DNA of 64,000 nt from Ignavibacteriota bacterium. GTDB lineage: Bacteria; Bacteroidota; Ignavibacteria; UBA10030; CAVZMI01. Below are positions 54,341 to 61,923 of this stretch, in pieces. Below the pieces are notes generated by a model. It worked only from the letters and a program-made list of their open reading frames with translations, ran no database searches and was not told the origin of the DNA. The position numbers and the translations under genes are program-made. Location: NCBI GenBank assembly GCA_963776275.1, contig CAVZMI010000015.1, positions 96,001 to 160,000 on the forward strand, in the 5' to 3' direction. The stretch's first letter is position 1. Every line of letters begins with the position of its first letter.

Positions 54341-54962
54341 ATGGACAAAACAATGGACAAAACAACTTTAACACCTGAAGAAAGTCTCTTGTTAATAACA
54401 AAGACAATAGAAGAGACTAAAAAAAGATTTGAAGAAAATGGCTTCATTATTATTATTTTGGGGCATACTTATCTTTTATTGTATCACTAAGTCAGTTTGT
54501 ACTCACAAAACTGGGAATAAACAAGATCGTTTATATAGAAAATTATACAATTCGTAACTGGACTGTTATTTTATACCCGTTGTTTGGTGGGATAATACAT
54601 TTAATATATGTTAAAAAAACATAAAAAAAATTACCCAAAACCATCATAGGAAAGATCATTGGAGCAATGGGTTGGTGATGGTTCTGAATTTTATGATATT
54701 AGGTTTTTTCTTTGGGGACACACTTGGTGGACGCCTTATCCCTATATTTTTAATTTTACTTGCCTTCTGGTGCATAATCAATGGAGTTTCAATTAGTTTT
54801 AAACCGCTTATAATTGGAGGTATTCTGTTAAATTTGATTGGATTTGCTGCTTTTCATATCAACTGGCAATACCAGCCGTTAATGCTTACAGCAGGATCAT
54901 TAGTAGCTTTAATAATTCCGGGTATATTACTCAACAAAAACAAAAAACAGGAAAATGTTTAA
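54341..54962 (+). CDS. Multi-pass membrane protein, frameshifted
   Basis: MDKTTLTPEESLLLITKTIEETK start and TM-rich end in ORF 54672-54962; breaks fall at T/A/G runs. Confidence 0.65.
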
Positions 54963-55244
54963 AGATTTAGACCCATATTACACTCGCAGCTTCGTTTGTC
55001 AATAGTCTCTATTTTAATGACAGTTGATGAAGCCAATTTTAGTTTTATAAAAGAAACTACTAAGGCTGCAGCCGGCAATATAAGTATCCAAATAAAAAAA
55101 TTACAGGAGGCGGGATATGTTAAAGTAAAAAAAACTTTCAAAAATAATTATCCAAATACTACTATATCAATAACAAGTAAAGGAATAGAAGCATTTGAGG
55201 ACTATGTAAATAATCTTAAAAAATATATAAATCCCCAAAAATAA
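54955..55244 (+). CDS. Winged-helix (MarR-like, HTH_34) transcriptional regulator; frameshift near 54974
   Basis: MFKDLDP-ILHSQLRLSIVSIL...GNISIQIKKLQEAGYV...TSKGIEAF. Confidence 0.85.
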
Positions 55245-55293
55245 TTTTTTTACCAAAATGGTTAATATTATTAACTACTTAAAAGGATTAATT

Positions 55294-56987
55294 ATGAAAA
55301 CTACAATATTTATCTTAATGATTTCCATCCTGATGGAATTAAGTTGTGCTCAAAATAACTCGCAAAAGGTTGATGGGCAGATTCTGAAAAATACATTTAG
55401 TAAAGACGACATCCAGGCATTAAACTTCTATCGTCAATATAGTTCGTTTACCGATCCGGGAGAATATAAATATTTGTATAAAAATCTGCCTGATTCATTA
55501 CCGGAGCTTTGCAGTTTAATAAGATCCCAGTTTATTCATCCCTATGAGGAATTGCCAAAATATCGTGAACAAATTCCCAAAGAGAGATGGGATGAAACAT
55601 TAAAGTATCCAACAGTTAAATCGATTTTGAAGGGTCTTTTATCCTATGACTCCAGGGGTTTAGTGAAAGATCGGAAACCTGAAAACCGATTAGTACTTGC
55701 TTGCCGGGAAAATGCAATTTTACTGGCGTCAATATTAAAATATCGTGGCATTCCGGCCAGGGTTCGTGGTGGTTATGCTACTTATTTAATTCCTGACTTT
55801 CATACGAATCACGCAATTTGTGAAGTATGGAATGAAAATGACAAGCGTTGGATGCTTGTTGACCCTAGCACAGGTATGATTGATTTCAGCAGAGATAAAT
55901 TTGACTTTAGTAACGATGCATGGTTAAAAATGCAAAAGAAGGAAATAGATCCAAACTTATTTGGGATGCCTGGCCAACATCCGGGAGTTCTTTCGATAAT
56001 TGCGATAGTTTGTACTGATCTGGCATTCATATTGGGTACTGAATATACTATTTATCAATATGCACCAATATTGGATTATGCCTTTCAAAACAATAATCAA
56101 CTAACTTCAAAACATATAGAAACCCTAAACAGAATAAGTGAATTAATGAAATCGCTTGATGCCGATAACCTTTCGAAATTACAAGATATTTATAACAATA
56201 CACCTGAAATTCAAATTACAAAGACATTTGAATCTGATACAAAAAAATCAGAAAATTCGAAAATAACGCGAAGGCTAAAAATACTTCAATAAATAAACCA
56301 GATATTGAATTTGTAGATATACCAGGAGGTACATTTATGATGGGAAGCCCTGTTACCGAGCAGGGAAGAAAAGATGACGAGATACAACATCAAGTTACAC
56401 TGAGCGCTTTTAAAATGAGTAAATATCCTATCACCTTTGAGCAATACGATTTATTTTGTGACGCGACAGGAAGAACTAAACCCTGGGGACGTGAACAGGG
56501 AAATATTCCGGTTTCACGGGTTACCTGGTATGATGCGGCTGCATTTGCCGAGTGGATGGGTTGCAGGCTGCCAACTGAAGCAGAATGGGAATATGCAGCT
56601 CGTGCAAATACAACCACTCCTTTTTACACTGGTGATTGCCTGACATCTGATCAAGCAAATTTTAATGGGGAAGAACCTTATACAAATTGTGCTAAAAGTG
56701 AAAACAGAAATAAACCATTGCCAGTGGGTAGTTTTCCACCCAATGCCTTTGGATTATATGATATGCATGGTAATATATTGCAATGGTGCAATGATTGGTA
56801 TGGTGAATACAACGTAAATGAAAAAATAAATCCGAAAGGACCTGAAAAGGGAGCCAATAAAATAATTCGCGGTGGCGGCTGGCATAACGCGGCATGGGAA
56901 TGTCGGTCAGCCTATCGAGGAGGAGTAGGTCTTTATCCAGGAACCAGAGGTACGGGTATTGGTTTTAGGATAGTGAAAGATAAATAA
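55294..56987 (+). CDS. Transglutaminase-like lipoprotein probably fused to an FGE/SUMF1 domain; frameshift near 56260
   Basis: CREN...NHAICEVW...LVDP triad; alternate frame reads INKPDIEFVDIPGGTFMMGS into RLPTEAEWEYAAR and NAFGLYDMHGN. Confidence 0.8.
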
Positions 56988-57005
56988 TAATCAAAAAGAA
57001 ACTAT

Positions 57006-57933
57006 ATGATTGATGTTTCAAACCTAAGAAAAACATTCGATACCATTGAGGCGTTGAAAGGTATTTCATTCAACATTCAACAAGGTGAATGTTATGGACT
57101 TTTGGGTCCCAATGGTGCAGGTAAAACAACTACGATCTCCATCATGAGTACAATAGTAGAACCAAATGAAGGAGAAGTGAGAATTGCCGGATATGATTTG
57201 AAGAAGAATCCGTTGGAATGCAAGAAAAACATTGGCGTTGTTACACAGGAAATAGCACTTTATAATGAGCTCTCGGCATATGATAACTTACTATTTTGGG
57301 GAGGCTTATATAATGTTCCGAAACCGGAATTAACTAAGCGTATTGATGAAACAGTAAACCTGCTCGGACTGACCGACAGGAAGAATGATAAGGTAAAAAC
57401 CTATTCCGGTGGAATGAAACGCAGAATTAATATCGCTTCTGCATTGCTTCACAGGCCTAAAGTTCTGTTTATGGATGAACCTACTGTGGGTATTGACCCT
57501 CAGAGCCGGAATTTGATTTTTGAAGTGGTGGAAAAGCTGCATAAAGAGGGAATGACAATTGTTTATACCACTCATTATATGGAAGAGGCTGAGCGTTTGT
57601 GCGATCGTATCGGAATTATTGACAATGGAGAAATCATTGCGCAGGGAACATTGGATGAATTAAGGACATCAGGTTCGATGAAAGAAACCGTTGTAATCTC
57701 TTATACAAATCTTACAGATGAACGTTACAATACAATAGAAAAAGAATGGAATGATCTCCAACGTTTTGAAGACACGATACATTTTTATTCCATGAATATT
57801 CAGGGTGATTTATCAAAAATAATATTGAAGTGCAATGACGTTTGGTCTTGATATCCGGCATATTGATATCAAAAAGATTAACCTTGAAACCATATTTTTA
57901 AGTTTAACCGGAAAAAAACTAAGAGACAAATGA
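57006..57933 (+). CDS. ABC-2 type exporter ATP-binding subunit; frameshift near 57842
   Basis: GPNGAGKTT, YSGGMKRR, MDEPT; corrected end NLETIFLSLTGKKLRDK* overlaps the next ATG. Confidence 0.92.
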
Positions 57934-58727
57934 TAAAACTAGTTAAGAAAGATCTGAAATTATTCTTCAGTAATAGGCAAGACATGATGCTTACTTTTGT
58001 ATTGCCCATAATATTTATTACCCTGTTTGCTTTTGTTTTCGGGAAAATGAACAATTCTGAAGAAAATCATTTAGTGAGTCTTGTTCACTCGGTGGCAGGT
58101 ACATCAGTAATGATGCTATTATTTTCAGTAGCTGGAATAGGTGGAAGTTTTTTGGATGAAAAGCAGGAAGGTATGTTGAAGAAGTTACTTTGCTCACCCA
58201 TACCTCCTAACTATATCCTTTTTGGGAAATTGGTATTTGCTAATATCATTTCCATTATTCAGCTGTCAATCATGTTTATTTACGCCTGGCTGTTTTTTGG
58301 CTTAGACATTATGCACCATCTCCCTTCTCTTATACTTATAATTTTAACAATGGCATTTGCTTGTTCCGGTTTTGGTATAGTTCTTGCCTCATTTGCTAAA
58401 ACACGCCAACAAGTTCAGGGATTTTCATCAATAATTGTACTTATTATGAGTGGTATTGGAGGTAGTATGATCCCTATATTTGTAATGCCTGAAATTATGC
58501 AAAAGATAGCTGTTTTTACAGTTAATTATTGGGCGATACAGGGGATTTATGACATCTTCTGGAAGCTTGTTCCGATTAACAGATATTACATTCTTATCAA
58601 GAGTTTTTGTTTTAATTGGCATTGGAACTTTATTGAATTTCATAGCTCTTCAGATGTACAAGAGAAATATTTTAAAGATTGTTTAAATGGGCAAAAAAGT
58701 GCTGGCTATAACATCGTGTATAAGTAA
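57930..58727 (+). CDS. ABC-2 type permease (3' end probably frameshifted)
   Basis: DEKQEGMLKKLLCSP, GIGGSMIP; multiple TM helices. Confidence 0.88.
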   Translation: MIKLVKKDLKLFFSNRQDMMLTFVLPIIFITLFAFVFGKMNNSEENHLVSLVHSVAGTSVMMLLFSVAGIGGSFLDEKQEGMLKKLLCSPIPPNYILFGKLVFANIISIIQLSIMFIYAWLFFGLDIMHHLPSLILIILTMAFACSGFGIVLASFAKTRQQVQGFSSIIVLIMSGIGGSMIPIFVMPEIMQKIAVFTVNYWAIQGIYDIFWKLVPINRYYILIKSFCFNWHWNFIEFHSSSDVQEKYFKDCLNGQKSAGYNIVYK

Positions 58728-58837
58728 TGGCGGGGTTTATAGCGTATTTAACGTCTCGTTTAGCAGCGTAGGTCTGTAACGTGTGATACGGACGCAGCTC
58801 TGAAGTCCCTTACTGTTCCTACCGTCGACCGTTAGTC
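58705..58837 (+). other. Degenerate attC-like site
   Basis: GCTATAAC...GTTAGTC ends about 133 bp apart at the end of the permease gene; partial inner complementarity (AGTAA/TTACT). Confidence 0.4.
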
Positions 58838-58980
58838 GCAATTTCACGCCAAGCAATTGGTACTTTACAAACATTATAACTATGGAAGAAAATTTTTTCA
58901 TTAGAGATAGTTCACATATCGGATACTGTTCATTTAACCAAAATACAAAATCCCCCAAAACATCTGGAGGAATTTTCACT

Positions 58981-59136
58981 CAATTCTTCAATCTTCAATC
59001 TTCCCGCCTACGCTAAAGCTTCGGCGGGTGAACCGGGCATTATCAATCTTCATTCTTTCCGTCCAAAAAACATGGCGGATTTCGTTCAGCCCGCCTATGG
59101 CGGGCTTCACTCAACAATCTTAAATCTTCAATCATT
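58981..59136. repeat. TCTTCAA heptamer repeats interleaved with three GC hairpin elements
   Basis: CCCGCC-tacgctaaagcttc-GGCGGG, TCCGtC...GGCGGA, AGCCCGCC-tat-GGCGGGCT between (A)ATCTTCA units. Confidence 0.75.
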
Positions 59137-59138
59137 TG

Positions 59139-59212
59139 TACCGGGGGAGGGATTCGAACCCACGACCTACGGATTATGATTCCGACGCTCTAACCAGCTG
59201 AGCTACCCCGGC
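59139..59212 (-). tRNA. tRNA-Met (CAU), elongator-like; CCA not encoded
   Basis: GCCGGGGTAGCTCAGCTGGTTAGAGCGTCGGAATCATAATCCGTAGGTCGTGGGTTCGAATCCCTCCCCCGGTA folds as a cloverleaf; Ile2 not formally excluded. Confidence 0.93.
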
Positions 59213-59272
59213 ATTGAATTGCGATGATGAAAAATGGCGTCATTCAACGACGCCATTCATATGACCGGAAAA

Positions 59273-59301
59273 AAGATAAGGAAAATATACTCGAAAAGCA
59301 A
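59273..59301 (-). promoter_or_regulatory. sigma70-like promoter for the intact tRNA
   Basis: TTGCTT-N17-TATCTT. Confidence 0.5.
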
Positions 59302-59403
59302 TGGAGAAATGCCGTTCGAAAACAACTCCGGCTCTCGTGCATCCTCAAGGACAGAGGCAATTCAGAGGAGATGGTCAAAGGCTGTCTTTGCTCTCAATAA
59401 ATG

Positions 59404-59687
59404 TTCCGGGGGAGGGATTCTCCGCCACGACTGATGATACGAGAAGGCGGATGCCTGCCCGCCGCTCCGCTCTTGCAGGCGGGCGCCTCTGGCGCAGAAC
59501 ACTGGGCTGCCTTCTGCAGCCCAGTACTGCTCGTCCCTCAAGGGACTTGCTGCCCACGACCGGAGTTTATCCCGCCGTTATTTGGCGGGAGATTATGATT
59601 CCGACCTGTCCCGATTGCTCTTGATCGGGACGCTCTAACCAGCTGCCTGCCCGCCGTGCTTCATCTTTTGGCGGGAGCTACCCCGGC
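59404..59687 (-). pseudogene. Second tRNA-Met(CAU) copy interrupted by five palindromic inserts
   Basis: Six collinear segments (59404-20, 59497-99, 59553-61, 59591-605, 59632-45, 59676-87) reproduce 70 of the 74 nt of the intact tRNA, with one substitution. Confidence 0.92.
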
Positions 59688-59698
59688 GCCTACTTTTC

Positions 59699-59727
59699 AA
59701 TATAAAAAATAAATCCTTCGGTTGCAA
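59699..59727 (-). promoter_or_regulatory. sigma70-like promoter for the interrupted tRNA copy
   Basis: TTGCAA-N17-TATATT, 11 nt upstream of tRNA position 1. Confidence 0.6.
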
Positions 59728-60137
59728 TCTATCTATAGTCTGCCATCTCCACGTTGCCAAATACTCTATAGATAATACTGACACACTATATGTCAAATAG
59801 AAAAATTGGTTCCTGGGCATTATAGGGTATCCGAAAACCGACATTATTAATTGATTCTAAATGCATATTTTCATTCCTTTCTAAGAAAGGAATATGTCGA
59901 ATTCTATCTCTTAATTTCAATCCTGTTTTGGTATGCTAGGCTTTGAAACTATGTACAGCATTTTACAAAGCATGACATCTTCGTCGGGGTTTCTGTGGAA
60001 CACATAATTGCTGTTTTAAGCCGAAGCCTTTTGCGATGTCCTGTCACGCTTCGGCACTCAGTCATCCTGACCAGCGCAATCTTCGGACTTTCTGGAACTC
60101 TCTATTTACAGGAAATTCCTAAGAAAGGAAGGAGAAT

Positions 60138-60837
60138 TTGATGATTTATAAAAGGAAAAAAAAGGAATCTCGAGCCGCTTCTATACTTGGATATCCTGCT
60201 TCTTCACAGAATCTACTACCGATCGAACTGCCGAGGCCCACACTTGATCGTGGTAAATCAGTATTAAAAGCATTACAGCAAAGAAAAACTATCCGTGAAA
60301 TAAGTGATAAAAAACTTACTTTGCAAGTACTTTCAAATCTCCTCTGGGCAGCATGCGGAGTAAATCGTAAAAAAGGTCCGTTTGGAATTCCTGGAAGAAC
60401 TGCTGCTTCAGCAAGTAACTCACAGGAAATTGATCTTTATGTTGCCATTCAGGAAGGAATTTATTTATATGATGCATTTCATCACAGGCTGGTTCCAGTT
60501 GTTGCGGGTGACCTGCGTACCCTGGCAATTGGTCATGGCCAGGCGAATTTTGTAGCTAAGGCTCCGGTTCATCTCATTTACATTGTGGATGTCAATAAAC
60601 TTTCCAATACATCCGGTTATCAGGAACCTGGATTGCAAGATCCTGAAATTCAAAAATCATATTATTATGTTGATACAGGTCTCATTGCAGGCAACGTATA
60701 TTTGTTTGCTGCTTCTCAAGGTCTGGCGTCATGGTTCCATAATTGCAATAAATCCGGTCTTACAGCAAAATTAAAATTGCGTGCCTGACCAGCGGGTACT
60801 CTTTGGCCAGACAGTTGGATATCCTGTTAGGAAATAA
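60138..60837 (+). CDS. Nitroreductase family (SagB/ThcOx-like) protein; frameshift near 60785
   Basis: ALQQRKTIRE, LSNLLWAACG, RTAASASNSQ, GNVYLFA; corrected end DQRVLFGQTVGYPVRK*. Confidence 0.88.
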
Positions 60838-60930
60838 TAAAATTAGCTCTTTCCGGAATATTGGGAAAATCTACCAGTCAAATATAGATCTCGATTCACG
60901 GAAATAAAAAAATAATGCAGGAGATTTCAA

Positions 60931-61686
60931 ATGGAGATTTCAGGAAATACCGTATTAATTACGGGTGGGGCGACGGGTATAGGTTATGCAATGGCCGAAT
61001 CTTTCTTGGAAGCGAAGAATGAAGTCATTATTTGTGGTCGTAGGAAAGAAAAACTTCTTGAAGCCCAAAAAAAACATCCGAATTTCCATATTAAAGTATG
61101 TAATGTAGCCGAAGAAGCGGATCGAAGAACACTGGTGGAATGGATAACTACCAGCTTCAGCAATTTGAACATTCTGGTGAACAATGCCGGTGTGCAAAGG
61201 GATATTGATTTCACGAAAGGTATTGCCGAGTTTCTGGCCGGAGAAAATGAAATCAAAATCAATTTGGAAGCCCCGATAGTTCTATCCGGACTGTTTATTC
61301 CATATTTGACCGGAAAGAAAGGAGCTGCCATCATCAATGTTTCATCCGGATTGGGTTTTGTGCCTGCTGCCCGAATGCCGGTATATAGTGCGACCAAAGC
61401 CGGGATGCACGCTTTTTCAATGGCGCTAAGACAGCAACTTTTAAAACTTGGGATCAAAGTTTTTGAGGTGGTTCCGCCGGCGGTTGATACGGAATTAAAC
61501 CCGGAAGGAAGAGCTAAAAGAGGAAATTTTAAAGTGGATCTAAAGCCTGAGGAATTTGTGGCCTCGGTAATGAAAGGTATCAAAAATGACGTATTCGAAA
61601 TAGGTTATGGGATGACGGAAGGAACTATCAAAGCGTCCAGAGCAGAGTTGGACAAAAGCTTTCAACAGATGAATAGTCGGTGGTAA
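60931..61686 (+). CDS. Short-chain dehydrogenase/reductase, DltE-like
   Basis: TGGATGIG, NNAG, SSGL, YSATK, PPAVDT. Confidence 0.92.
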   Translation: MEISGNTVLITGGATGIGYAMAESFLEAKNEVIICGRRKEKLLEAQKKHPNFHIKVCNVAEEADRRTLVEWITTSFSNLNILVNNAGVQRDIDFTKGIAEFLAGENEIKINLEAPIVLSGLFIPYLTGKKGAAIINVSSGLGFVPAARMPVYSATKAGMHAFSMALRQQLLKLGIKVFEVVPPAVDTELNPEGRAKRGNFKVDLKPEEFVASVMKGIKNDVFEIGYGMTEGTIKASRAELDKSFQQMNSRW

Positions 61687-61724
61687 ATCTGTGTAGAAAA
61701 TTTTTAAGCAACCAACAAAAACAA

Positions 61725-61795
61725 TCCCGACTGGTCGGGACACAGAGTGGTCACTTCGACCACTCGACTGAGCTCGCGGCAAGCAAGCTCAGTGC
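61725..61795. repeat. Cluster of REP-like palindromic elements
   Basis: TCCCGAC-tg-GTCGGGA, then CTTCGAC[CACTCGACTGAGCTCGCGGCAAGC]AAGCTCAGTGC with an apparent nested insert. Confidence 0.5.
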
Positions 61796-61923
61796 AGGCT
61801 TTTTGTCAATTGTGCGTCGTTTCTTGCCCATTGATGCCTCCTTTGATCCATAATATACTTTTTACTAAATTCAAAATGGATCACTTTTTGGGGGACAGGT
61901 TACATCATGAAAGGATAATCTCA

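Larger units (their letters stand above)
53836..59136. mobile_element. AT-rich genomic islet integrated at the tRNA-Met 3' end (no integrase seen)
   Basis: Bounded by the tRNA and its duplicated 3' end; visibly more AT-rich than the backbone. Confidence 0.75.

Noticed and set aside
55294-56987. FGE-type domain as a diversity-generating retroelement target
   Set aside because: No reverse transcriptase and no template/variable repeat pair seen in the window.
51440-59420. Repeated TGTACCGGGGGAG as a CRISPR array
   Set aside because: Spacing is irregular (0.2-5 kb), the repeat equals the tRNA 3' end, and no cas genes are present.
59234-59624. Short overlapping ORFs (59234-59434, 59301-59624, 59375-59557, 59401-59598)
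   Set aside because: They are by-products of the GC-rich interrupted tRNA copy, with no protein-like features.
59404-59687. Inserts as canonical tRNA introns (group I or archaeal BHB type)
   Set aside because: Too short for group I, none at 37/38, no clear bulge-helix-bulge seen, 4 tRNA nt are lost, and related inserts occur in a non-genic att fragment. Kept only as a low-probability alternative.
60781-60800. TGA in the nitroreductase as selenocysteine readthrough
   Set aside because: Family-like sequence resumes in a different frame (DQRVLFGQTVGYP), so this is an indel.
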